A stretch of 64,000 bases of DNA, taken from positions 5,456,001 to 5,520,000 of the forward strand of contig OZ024765.1 of NCBI GenBank assembly GCA_964016885.1, written 5' to 3'. Both the position numbers and the translations under genes were made by a program. Under the pieces are notes generated by a model, which searched no databases, had not been told where the DNA came from, and saw only the letters and a list, made by a program, of their open reading frames with translations. Numbering within the stretch: position 1 is the first letter of the stretch; each line of letters starts with the position of its first letter. Origin of the DNA: Eledone cirrhosa. Its lineage: Eukaryota. This document shows, piece after piece, positions 27,276-39,485 of this stretch.

Positions 27276-27493
27276 ACATTCATTTGATTTATTGATTTTT
27301 TTATCTGAGTGTCCCGAATCTTCCAGATCGCAATTTTTCTGTTGTATAGTTGATTATAGACTTGTTCTATGTGTGACGGTATTTTAACGATAGTTATAGC
27401 TCTGATTTATCTAAATTATTGAGCCCTCTGCCGCTCATATCGAATTTTGTTTATCGTGAACTCGTGCGCCGATTTTTCGATACTCCATTATTC

Positions 27494-27500
<7 letters not shown>
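27276..27500. repeat. ~220-bp dispersed repeat ending in a long (TA)n; second copy at ~29101-29335
   Basis: Two near-identical copies, ...GAGTGTCCCGAATCTTCCAGATCGC...TTATTCTAC(TA)n. Confidence 0.85.
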
Positions 27501-27564
<64 letters not shown>

Positions 27565-27674
27565 ACGTTATTCCAGGTTGAATCGGAGGTAACCACAGTA
27601 AATAAGGTACTCAATACATAGCAAGGTTTAAAAGTTTTAATATAGAAGAGCTACAGGACTAGAACTGTTTCATT

Positions 27675-28135
27675 CATAACATTTACATTACTCTATATAT
27701 ACTATTGTATTTTCATGGTAAAGGCTTTACCTCTCAATATCTCACATAACATTTACATTACTCTATATATACTATTGTATTTTCATGGTAAAGGCTTTAC
27801 CTCACATAATATCTCACATAACATTTACATTACTCTATATATACTATTGTATTTTCACAGTAAAGGCTTTACCTCACATAACATTTACATTACTCTATAT
27901 ATACTATTGTATTGTCACAGTAAAGGCTTTACCTCATATAATATCTCACATAACATTTACATTACTCTATATATACTATTATATTTTCACAGTAAAGGCT
28001 TTACCTCACATAATATCTCACATAACATTTACATTACTCTATATATACTATTATATTTTCACAGTAAAGGCTTTACCTCACATAATATCTCACATAATAT
28101 CAAATCTATGAGATTTTGAAAGTATTTATTTTGAG
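27675..28135 (+). repeat. 72-bp satellite (~6 units) plus start of the MITE's unique 3' segment; truncated copy
   Basis: Same unit, followed by ATCTATGAGATTTTGAAAGTATTTATTTTGAG. Confidence 0.9.
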
Positions 28136-29328
28136 CATATTCTACAGTGGATATGGCACATGTCTCTCAGACATGAGACCCTTAATTTAATTTTCGATAT
28201 ATATATATTTATATTTATATATGTGTGCGTATATATGTATGTGTGTATATATATATATATTTCATGCATATATTACTTATGCCATTTCACACGTATATTT
28301 AAATTCTTAATTTTCTTTCTTCCACTTTATCTTTTCTATGTCCAGATGTGTTCAAAAGATGTCCACAACATACAGATGTCTCCAACAGCTGGAGCTAAAG
28401 TTACACCATCACAGTGGTTCACATGTGAAATTCAGCAGATGATGTAAGTACTACTCCTTGTTTTGAGTTAGATAAAAGTGCTAACATGCCATCTTAAATG
28501 AAGTTAATTTGTGCAGTGATATTAGGTCTTATATATTGTGGTTATTCAGTGGATGTTCACTAATATTGAAGTTGAAACATGTGTAGACATTAATAAAATG
28601 ATTTGAACTGCCTCTTTCATTGTCAATTGATTTTTAAAAATTATGTTCTGTATTTTTCCATAATTGATCATCTTGGCATTTGTTAAGAAATAGGTCTTAT
28701 ACCCAACTAATGTGTACATGTGTGTGTGTTTGTGTATGTGCATGTACGTATGCATATATTTATATGTATGAGTATATATTTATATAGCGTGCAAACGCAG
28801 ACACACTACAAAAATACAAACATAGACACACACACACATACATTTACACAAACACACACACACACACACACAGCGTAGCAAATGGAACACCAGCTGTTGT
28901 TTTTTTTCACCATCCAATTCCTTCATTTTACACACACACACACACACACGTCTAAGCCATGCTAGCATGGAAAATGGACGTTAAACGAAGATGATGATGA
29001 TGATGATGATACATTCACTCAAACACAGAGACTACACACATTGTGACGATTGGGGGTATGGAAGATGCTCAAATTTATATATATATTTTTACATGCTTTT
29101 TACATTCATTTGATTTATTGATTTATTGATTTTTTTTATCTGAGTGTCCCGAATCTTCCAGATCGCAATTTTTCGGTCGTACGGTTGATTATAGACTTGT
29201 TCTATGTGTGACGGTATTTTAACGATAGTTATAGCTCTGATTTATCTGAATTATTGAGCCCTCTGCCGCTCATTTCGAATTTTGTTTATCGTGAACTCGT
29301 GCGCCGATTTTTCGATACTCGATTATTC

Positions 29329-29385
<57 letters not shown>

Positions 29386-29439
29386 TAAAAAAATAATGAA
29401 TAAAACAATGAAACAGTTCCTTATATTAAACAAAAAAAG

Positions 29440-29594
29440 TTCATTTTTTAACGATCGTTTCTAGGATATATATGTGTTAGAATTGGCATGCATATTCAAC
29501 AGATCTATGTACAAAATTATACAAAATTATACAAACTATCAAAATTAAATATACATACCAAACACATATATATGCCGTCTTCAGAAATAATGAA
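29440..29594 (-). ncRNA. Type I hammerhead motif with a long stem II
   Basis: Minus strand: TTCATTATTT CTGAAGA CGGCATATATATGTGTT...AACACATATATATCCTA GAA ACGATCGT T AAAAAATGAA; stem I 9/10 bp, 13-bp stem II, palindromic stem III. Confidence 0.65.
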
Positions 29595-30199
29595 ATATAT
29601 TTATTGATAATAACAACAATTCAAAATTTCAGGTCCGTTTGGGAACAGAGTTCAAATTGACCAATGAAAATACAAAAAATTTTATGCAGTTAGGTGTGTG
29701 TATATACATGTAATTAACTTCGTACACATATTTACATAAAGATATATGTTCACATGCATACGCATGCCAAAAAGATGTATGTAAATACAAAAATTCAAGG
29801 CTAATGTCTCTGTAAGTTTATAATCTACAGATAAAATGCGTATAGACACATAAATATGAAATAAATGTATACACACATTCATATACTCACACATATTCGT
29901 ACACTCACACACACACGCGCGTATATGCATAAACATACACATAACTACGAACATACATACACACACACACCCCCACACACATATATATGTGCATATAGTA
30001 TTATCATAAGCATATGGACATTAATGCACGCACATAAACACTGCCACACATATTTAGATCAGGATACAGAAATTAGGTGGGAGGGGGGGGGAGAGGTCAG
30101 TATTCAACGGTTTCGGCAGACTGCCTATTTATAAATGTATCTATAAACTTAGAAATATATACGGATTGGACACTACCGTAAACTCTTGGTAGATTTATC

Positions 30200-30246
<47 letters not shown>

Positions 30247-30476
30247 TTAGAAACACACAGATACATGCGGACACACACATATATACATGAATGCATCCGC
30301 ACCCAACTGTGAGTTAAGGGTGCCAACTTCACCGATGTTGCTCAATGAATGACTGGGACAGACCAATTCAGTTTGAACCAGACTGAACCAGTATCAGAGT
30401 TAAAAATACATTATGAAGAGAGAAGAAACATTTAGATATAATTAGTAATAAAATGTATCATACCTAAACTGTTCCT

Positions 30477-30573
30477 AAATTCCTCGACTACGTAGTTTCG
30501 TGGCATAAACAAAAACAATATATCAAAGATATAGAGTCCTTGCGAGGTCTGCCGACTTATCAAGAGGATACCT
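30477..30573 (-). ncRNA. Type I hammerhead ribozyme, U3-A8 core (family A, copy 1)
   Basis: Reverse complement of 32749-32845. Confidence 0.8.
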
Positions 30574-31067
30574 CATTTTACTAGTCTCAAGAACGCGTCT
30601 ACACGACGTGAGAAAGAATCCCAAAAGGCGGAGGGGGAGATAGTCACGCGATATAACGGTCGAGAAACAGAGCTAAGCCTCCTATAACCACGAAAAAAAT
30701 ACCACGGAGGCGGAGGGGGCATTCATATCGAGGCCGTAGAAGAGGTAGTGAAGAAGGCGAGAAGTATGAGTAATGGAAGCTTTCCAGTTGTCCCCACACT
30801 TCAAAGATTGCTCGACCAGAGGGAGTTATTAATACATTTAGAAACACACAGATACATGCGGACACACACATATATACATGAATGCATCCGCACCCAACTG
30901 TGAGTTAAGGGTGCCAACTTCACCGATGTTGCTCAATGAATGACTGGGACAGACCAATTCAGTTTGAACCAGACTGAACCAGTATCAGAGTTAAAAATAC
31001 ATTATGAAGAGAGAAGAAACATTTAGATATAATTAGTAATAAAATGTATCATACCTAAACTGTTCCT

Positions 31068-31164
31068 AAATTCCTCGACTACGTAGTTTCGTGGCATAAA
31101 CAAAAACAATATATCAAAGATATAGAGTCCTTGCGAGGTCTGCCGACTTATCAAGAGGATACCT
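31068..31164 (-). ncRNA. Type I hammerhead ribozyme, U3-A8 core (family A, copy 2)
   Basis: +591 from copy 1. Confidence 0.8.
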
Positions 31165-31658
31165 CATTTTACTAGTCTCAAGAACGCGTCTACACGACGT
31201 GAGAAAGAATCCCAAAAGGCGGAGGGGGAGATAGTCACGCGATATAACGGTCGAGAAACAGAGCTAAGCCTCCTATAACCACGAAAAAAATACCACGGAG
31301 GCGGAGGGGGCATTCATATCGAGGCCGTAGAAGAGGTAGTGAAGAAGGCGAGAAGTATGAGTAATGGAAGCTTTCCAGTTGTCCCCACACTTCAAAGATT
31401 GCTCGACCAGAGGGAGTTATTAATACATTTAGAAACACACAGATACATGCGGACACACACATATATACATGAATGCATCCGCACCCAACTGTGAGTTAAG
31501 GGTGCCAACTTCACCGATGTTGCTCAATGAATGACTGGGACAGACCAATTCAGTTTGAACCAGACTGAACCAGTATCAGAGTTAAAAATACATTATGAAG
31601 AGAGAAGAAACATTTAGATATAATTAGTAATAAAATGTATCATACCTAAACTGTTCCT

Positions 31659-31755
31659 AAATTCCTCGACTACGTAGTTTCGTGGCATAAACAAAAACAA
31701 TATATCAAAGATATAGAGTCCTTGCGAGGTCTGCCGACTTATCAAGAGGATACCT
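31659..31755 (-). ncRNA. Type I hammerhead ribozyme, U3-A8 core (family A, copy 3)
   Basis: +591 from copy 2. Confidence 0.8.
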
Positions 31756-32249
31756 CATTTTACTAGTCTCAAGAACGCGTCTACACGACGTGAGAAAGAA
31801 TCCCAAAAGGCGGAGGGGGAGATAGTCACGCGATATAACGGTCGAGAAACAGAGCTAAGCCTCCTATAACCACGAAAAAAATACCACGGAGGCGGAGGGG
31901 GCATTCATATCGAGGCCGTAGAAGAGGTAGTGAAGAAGGCGAGAAGTATGAGTAATGGAAGCTTTCCAGTTGTCCCCACACTTCAAAGATTGCTCGACCA
32001 GAGGGAGTTATTAATACATTTAGAAACACACAGATACATGCGGACACACACATATATACATGAATGCATCCGCACCCAACTGTGAGTTAAGGGTGCCAAC
32101 TTCACCGATGTTGCTCAATGAATGACTGGGACAGACCAATTCAGTTTGAACCAGACTGAACCAGTATCAGAGTTAAAAATACATTATGAAGAGAGAAGAA
32201 ACATTTAGATATAATTAGTAATAAAATGTATCATACCTAAACTGTTCCT

Positions 32250-32346
32250 AAATTCCTCGACTACGTAGTTTCGTGGCATAAACAAAAACAATATATCAAA
32301 GATATAGAGTCCTTGCGAGGTCTGCCGACTTATCAAGAGGATACCT
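32250..32346 (-). ncRNA. Type I hammerhead ribozyme, U3-A8 core (family A, copy 4)
   Basis: +591 from copy 3. Confidence 0.8.
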
Positions 32347-32748
32347 CATTTTACTAGTCTCAAGAACGCGTCTACACGACGTGAGAAAGAATCCCAAAAG
32401 GCGGAGGGGGAGATAGTCACGCGATATAACGGTCGAGAAACAGAGCTAAGCCTCCTATAACCACGAAAAAAATACCACGGAGGCGGAGGGGGCATTCATA
32501 TCGAGGCCGTAGAAGAGGTAGTGAAGAAGGCGAGAAGTATGAGTAATGGAAGCTTTCCAGTTGTCCCCACACTTCAAAGATTGCTCGACCAGAGGGAGTT
32601 ATTAATACATTTAGAAACACACAGATACATGCGGACACAGGAGGCTTAGCTCTGTTTCTCGACCGTTATATCGCGTGACTATCTCCCCCTCCGCCTTTTG
32701 GGATTCTTTCTCACGTCGTGTAGACGCGTTCTTGAGACTAGTAAAATG

Positions 32749-32845
32749 AGGTATCCTCTTGATAAGTCGGCAGACCTCGCAAGGACTCTATATCTTTGAT
32801 ATATTGTTTTTGTTTATGCCACGAAACTACGTAGTCGAGGAATTT
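32749..32845 (+). ncRNA. Type I hammerhead ribozyme, U3-A8 core (family A, copy 5)
   Basis: AGGTATCCTC TTGATAA GTCGGCA...TGCCAC GAA ACTACGTAGT C^ GAGGAATTT; stem I TCCTC/GAGGA; GUC cut after 32836. Confidence 0.82.
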
Positions 32846-33339
32846 AGGAACAGTTTAGGTATGATACATTTTATTACTAATTATATCTAAATGTTTCTTC
32901 TCTCTTCATAATGTATTTTTAACTCTGATACTGGTTCAGTCTGGTTCAAACTGAATTGGTCTGTCCCAGTCATTCATTGAGCAACATCGGTGAAGTTGGC
33001 ACCCTTAACTCACAGTTGGGTGCGGATGCATTCATGTATATATGTGTGTGTCCGCATGTATCTGTGTGTTTCTAAATGTATTAATAACTCCCTCTGGTCG
33101 AGCAATCTTTGAAGTGTGGGGACAACTGGAAAGCTTCCATTACTCATACTTCTCGCCTTCTTCACTACCTCTTCTACGGCCTCGATATGAATGCCCCCTC
33201 CGCCTCCGTGGTATTTTTTTCGTGGTTATAGGAGGCTTAGCTCTGTTTCTCGACCGTTATATCGCGTGACTATCTCCCCCTCCGCCTTTTGGGATTCTTT
33301 CTCACGTCGTGTAGACGCGTTCTTGAGACTAGTAAAATG

Positions 33340-33436
33340 AGGTATCCTCTTGATAAGTCGGCAGACCTCGCAAGGACTCTATATCTTTGATATATTGTTT
33401 TTGTTTATGCCACGAAACTACGTAGTCGAGGAATTT
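33340..33436 (+). ncRNA. Type I hammerhead ribozyme, U3-A8 core (family A, copy 6)
   Basis: +591; cut after 33427. Confidence 0.8.
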
Positions 33437-33930
33437 AGGAACAGTTTAGGTATGATACATTTTATTACTAATTATATCTAAATGTTTCTTCTCTCTTCAT
33501 AATGTATTTTTAACTCTGATACTGGTTCAGTCTGGTTCAAACTGAATTGGTCTGTCCCAGTCATTCATTGAGCAACATCGGTGAAGTTGGCACCCTTAAC
33601 TCACAGTTGGGTGCGGATGCATTCATGTATATATGTGTGTGTCCGCATGTATCTGTGTGTTTCTAAATGTATTAATAACTCCCTCTGGTCGAGCAATCTT
33701 TGAAGTGTGGGGACAACTGGAAAGCTTCCATTACTCATACTTCTCGCCTTCTTCACTACCTCTTCTACGGCCTCGATATGAATGCCCCCTCCGCCTCCGT
33801 GGTATTTTTTTCGTGGTTATAGGAGGCTTAGCTCTGTTTCTCGACCGTTATATCGCGTGACTATCTCCCCCTCCGCCTTTTGGGATTCTTTCTCACGTCG
33901 TGTAGACGCGTTCTTGAGACTAGTAAAATG

Positions 33931-34027
33931 AGGTATCCTCTTGATAAGTCGGCAGACCTCGCAAGGACTCTATATCTTTGATATATTGTTTTTGTTTATG
34001 CCACGAAACTACGTAGTCGAGGAATTT
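33931..34027 (+). ncRNA. Type I hammerhead ribozyme, U3-A8 core (family A, copy 7)
   Basis: +591; cut after 34018. Confidence 0.8.
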
Positions 34028-34521
34028 AGGAACAGTTTAGGTATGATACATTTTATTACTAATTATATCTAAATGTTTCTTCTCTCTTCATAATGTATTT
34101 TTAACTCTGATACTGGTTCAGTCTGGTTCAAACTGAATTGGTCTGTCCCAGTCATTCATTGAGCAACATCGGTGAAGTTGGCACCCTTAACTCACAGTTG
34201 GGTGCGGATGCATTCATGTATATATGTGTGTGTCCGCATGTATCTGTGTGTTTCTAAATGTATTAATAACTCCCTCTGGTCGAGCAATCTTTGAAGTGTG
34301 GGGACAACTGGAAAGCTTCCATTACTCATACTTCTCGCCTTCTTCACTACCTCTTCTACGGCCTCGATATGAATGCCCCCTCCGCCTCCGTGGTATTTTT
34401 TTCGTGGTTATAGGAGGCTTAGCTCTGTTTCTCGACCGTTATATCGCGTGACTATCTCCCCCTCCGCCTTTTGGGATTCTTTCTCACGTCGTGTAGACGC
34501 GTTCTTGAGACTAGTAAAATG

Positions 34522-34618
34522 AGGTATCCTCTTGATAAGTCGGCAGACCTCGCAAGGACTCTATATCTTTGATATATTGTTTTTGTTTATGCCACGAAAC
34601 TACGTAGTCGAGGAATTT
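34522..34618 (+). ncRNA. Type I hammerhead ribozyme, U3-A8 core (family A, copy 8)
   Basis: +591; cut after 34609. Confidence 0.8.
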
Positions 34619-34683
34619 AGGAACAGTTTAGGTATGATACATTTTATTACTAATTATATCTAAATGTTTCTTCTCTCTTCATA

Positions 34684-35140
<457 letters not shown>

Positions 35141-35803
35141 TATACACATGCATATATAACCCATGCTAGCGTGGAAGATAGACGTTAAACGATGATGGTG
35201 ATGATGATGATATATATATATATTTGGAATTAATGCAGGCATAAACCGTGTTTGGCCCTCAGTGTGGTAATTTTATTTGAAGGTAAAGTGGTGTCAACTT
35301 AAGAGACACTCATTTGTTCTGACTGTATGATCAGCAAATAATATGGAGTTGAAAATGGTTTTGAGCCTGACTGGTGGTGAAACATATGTAATATGTTAAA
35401 CTGATATAGGTCTCCTGTGGTACGCTTGGCCAGGCCGGTTCGCCTTTTTTCTCTCTCTCTCGTCTATGATTTCACAGAATTCACGGACTAGACCCCTTCT
35501 TCCTCCCGTTAGACCCGTGTGGAATTCCTTCCTTGCTCACATTTCAACCAGGTTTGATGGTCTTTATTCTCTCTCGTTCACGATTTCACCGAACTTATAT
35601 TCATGGAAATTTTGGACTTGACTCGTCCTTCCTCACTTTTCGTTGCTTCACCCTCTTTGTTTGTTTACACTCTCGCTGTTCCCTTTATTTACATGTCCCA
35701 ACGACTTTCTTTAGCCGTTGCTCGCACCAACCGGAGGTATATGGTCTTTAAAGCGAAGAAATACTGATGATGGTTGGAAGATCACTGATGAAGGACCACT
35801 TTA

Positions 35804-35846
<43 letters not shown>

Positions 35847-35852
<6 letters not shown>

Positions 35853-36360
35853 CGTAGTTAATAAAGCCACAACAATGCAGAGGGAAATCTCGAGGTAGGA
35901 AGTGAAAGATAGATAGGAAAAACAGGTGAAAGTGAAAATTGAGAGAGACAAAGATGAAAACAAAAACAAAACAAAGGTAGAAGGGTTACCGTAGTGGAGA
36001 TTTAATCCCAATATTTCGGGCTCACGCCCATCAACGGGGGAAAAACGGGGGAAAAACGGCATTCCTGTCTTAACGACATCACAACTTTCTCCGCTTGGCC
36101 TGTTCCCCCCCTTTTGGAACTTTCCCCCGTTGATGGGCGTGAGCCCGAAATATTGGGATTAAATCTCCACTACGGTAACCCTTCTACCTTTGTTTTGTTT
36201 TTGTTTTCATCTTTGTCTCTCTCAATTTTCACTTTCACCTGTTTTTCCTATCTATCTTTCACTTCCTACCTCGAGATTTCCCTCTGCATTGTTGTGGCTT
36301 TATTAACTACGTATTTTACACATTTCACAATGCTTCAAGCAAACTTTAACACCCTCTTAT
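35847..36360. mobile_element. Head-to-head inverted element (family D) between (TA)n tracts, with a degenerate HHR-like motif in each arm
   Basis: 35847-36044 is the reverse complement of ~36121-36318; TCCC CCGTTGA TGGGCGTGAGCCC GAAATATT GGGA. Confidence 0.7.
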
Positions 36361-36442
36361 ATATATATATATATATATATTGGAGTGTTTCATACATAAC
36401 CTTGGTTAGTCAACTTCTTATACACAAGCATATATATATATA

Positions 36443-36963
36443 TCATCATCATCATCATTTCATTTTACGTCCGCTTTTTCCCTGCTTGCAAGGGTGGGAC
36501 GGGAACTGATTCTGGCTTGATTTCTACAGCTGGATGCCCTTCCTAACACCAACCTCATTTACTGTGTGGGCTGGGTGCTTTTTTGTCGTGGCACCTCCAC
36601 GACCACTTTGCAGTGTGGGCTGGGTGCTTTTTTGCCGTGGCACCTCCACGACCACTTTAAAGTGTGGGCTGGGTGCTTTTTTGCCGTGGCACCTCCACGA
36701 CCACTTTAAAGTGTGGGCTGGGTGCTTTTTTGCCGTGGCACCTCCACGACCACTTTAAAGCGTGGGCTGGGTGCTTTTTTGCCGTGGCACCTCCACGACC
36801 ACTTTGCAGTCTCTATCATCTCATTTCTACAGCTGAGTAAACTGGAGCAATGTGAAATAAAGTGTCTTGCTCAAGGAAACAACACATCACCCGGTCTGAG
36901 AATTGAGCTCACAACCTTTCGATTGCAAGGCCAATGCTCTAACCACTAAGCCATGTGCCTCCA
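36443..36963 (-). mobile_element. SINE family 1 with an internal 49-bp tandem expansion (~5 units, 36563-36808)
   Basis: GTGGGCTGGGTGCTTTTTTGCCGTGGCACCTCCACGACCACTTT repeated inside an otherwise standard copy. Confidence 0.88.
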
Positions 36964-37523
36964 TATATATATACTCCTATATATATATATATATATCTGT
37001 ATACACACGCAACATATGTACCTTGTATATATCTGTCCTTATACCGAGGTAGATGAAGTCAATTAAATTATGAAAGCCACCTGACTAACCATTATGTCTC
37101 TAGAGTCTCATTGTTTTCTCTAATGTACAACGTCTTGTCATGTTTGTTAATTAGCTAAGCCAGGATTTGTGTCAGAAATTCTTTTATATATACCCAGCCA
37201 CCCGTTTAGACACACACACCACACAAACATGAATATATACATACAAACAAACATCTGTATATATATCTATCTATCTACACACATATATATATATATATGT
37301 GTGTAGATGGATAGATATGTGTGAATGTTTCTGTATACATATGCAAACACATATATATATATATATATCCATTATATACCTACATATATACCTATATATA
37401 TATATACACATATATACCTATATATATATATACACATATATATATATCCTTACATTTGTTCATATATATTTACAAATATTCATATATATATATTTATATT
37501 CATATATATATATATATATTCAT

Positions 37524-37574
<51 letters not shown>

Positions 37575-37594
37575 CATATTTATAAATGTAAGGA

Positions 37595-37633
<39 letters not shown>

Positions 37634-37700
37634 TATATATAGATATATATAATATATCCTTAAATTTATAAATGCAAATATTCATATATATATATATATA

Positions 37701-37766
<66 letters not shown>

Positions 37767-38061
37767 TACCCACGTGGACACGGACACACATATATGTATA
37801 TATACGCTCATGTTATTGATTTATAGATCGTTTGTCACTTGATCCTCAACCGACCTGTTCAATATACACACACAGGACAATCTGTTTAATTACACATTAA
37901 TGCTGTATCAGCACTTTCTGTCATTGTTGTCTTTCTCTTTATCTACACACATGTATATGTGTGTGTGTGTGTGTGGCTTTCTCTGAATTATATATGTATA
38001 TATACACACGCATATATATAGATATGTCTATATACATACATACACACGCATATATGTACAT

Positions 38062-38099
<38 letters not shown>

Positions 38100-38249
38100 A
38101 ACAGGAAAGATTGATGTTAAATGATGATGATATATGTGTATATATATTTACTTATTTATTATATATACATATACCAATATATATATATAATACTCTGTAT
38201 ATATATGTATATATATGTATATATATATATAATACTCTGTATATATATG

Positions 38250-38280
<31 letters not shown>

Positions 38281-38364
38281 TCTGTTTTCTATAGACAACA
38301 ATGCAGCTAATATGTTACCTATTGTTATCCATTCTTTGCACTATTTTTTATTGCCATATTTTCT

Positions 38365-39200
38365 TCCTCTCTCCTCTCTCTCACCCTCCCTCCCCTCTCT
38401 CACCCTCCCTCCCCTCTCTCACCCTCCCTCCCCTCTCTCACCCTCCCTCCCCTCTCCCACCCTCCCTTCCCTCTCTCCCCTCTCTCACCCTCCCTTCCCT
38501 CTCTCCCCTCTCTCACCCTCCCGACCCTCTCTCTCTCCCTCTCTCACCCTCCCTTCCGTCTCTCTCTCTCTCACCCTCCCTTCCCTCTCTCACCCTCCCT
38601 TCCCTCTCTCACCCTCCCTTCCCTCTCTCACCCTCCCTTCCCCCTCTCACCCTCCCTTCCCTCTCTCACCCTCCCTTCCCTCTCTCACCCTCCCTTCCCT
38701 CTCTCTCTCCCTCTCACCCTCTCTCCTCTCTCTCACCCTCCCTTCCCTCTCTCCCCGCTCTCACCCTCCCTTCCCTCTCTCTCCTCTCTCACCCTCCCTT
38801 CCCTCTCCCCCCTCTCTCACCCTTCCTTCCCTCTCCCCCCTGTCACCCTTCCTTCCCTCTCTCTCACCCTCCCTTCCCTCTCTCCCCTCTCTCACCCTCG
38901 CTCTCTCCCTCTTCTCTCCTCTCTCCCCCCTTTCTCAACCCCCATCTTTCTCACCTCCCCTCATCTTTCTCCCCCCTCTCATTTTTCTCACCCTCCCTTC
39001 CCTATCTCCCCCCTCTCGTCTATCTCACCCCCTTCCTGCCCCTCTCCTCTCTCTCACCCTCTTCACCCCCCCCTCCCCCCCACCCTTCTCTCACCACCGC
39101 TCACTCCCCTCCCTCTCCTCTCCCTCCCACCATTTTCAATCATTTCATTTCTTTACCCCCCCCTCCTCCCGGTTTCTTTTTTTTTTTTCATATCCTTCGC
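38365..39200. repeat. Polypyrimidine minisatellite (CTCTCACCCTCCCTTCC-like)
   Basis: Direct reading. Confidence 0.9.
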
Positions 39201-39485
39201 TGCCTTCTACCTCCCCACTTCCCATCAAGCTTCTTGTTTGACATGTGGCCATGTGGTTCTGGATTCTCACATGTGGCCATGTGGTTCTGGATTCTCACAT
39301 GTAGCCATGTGGTTCAAGTGTTTCACTCAATATCATGTGGTGTGTTTGACTGGGTCATATGTTGGGTCTCTGTAAGCAGGACACTTCATCATGTAGCAGA
39401 AAAATATCCAGCAACTGTTGCTTATTTGTTTATAGTCTTTGTGGTCAGATTGTGAAAGTTTGCAGAATTACAGTAGAGACTTTAA

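Noticed and set aside
33042-33269. 75-aa ORF repeated in each 591-bp unit
   Set aside because: Non-ATG start inside a (TG) run and no recognisable domain; identity between copies only reflects recent amplification
35345-35400. GAAACATATGTA palindromic stem III-like motif; similar partial motifs at ~27180-27225, ~30100-30135 and 35764-35795
   Set aside because: No matching core plus stem I could be assembled
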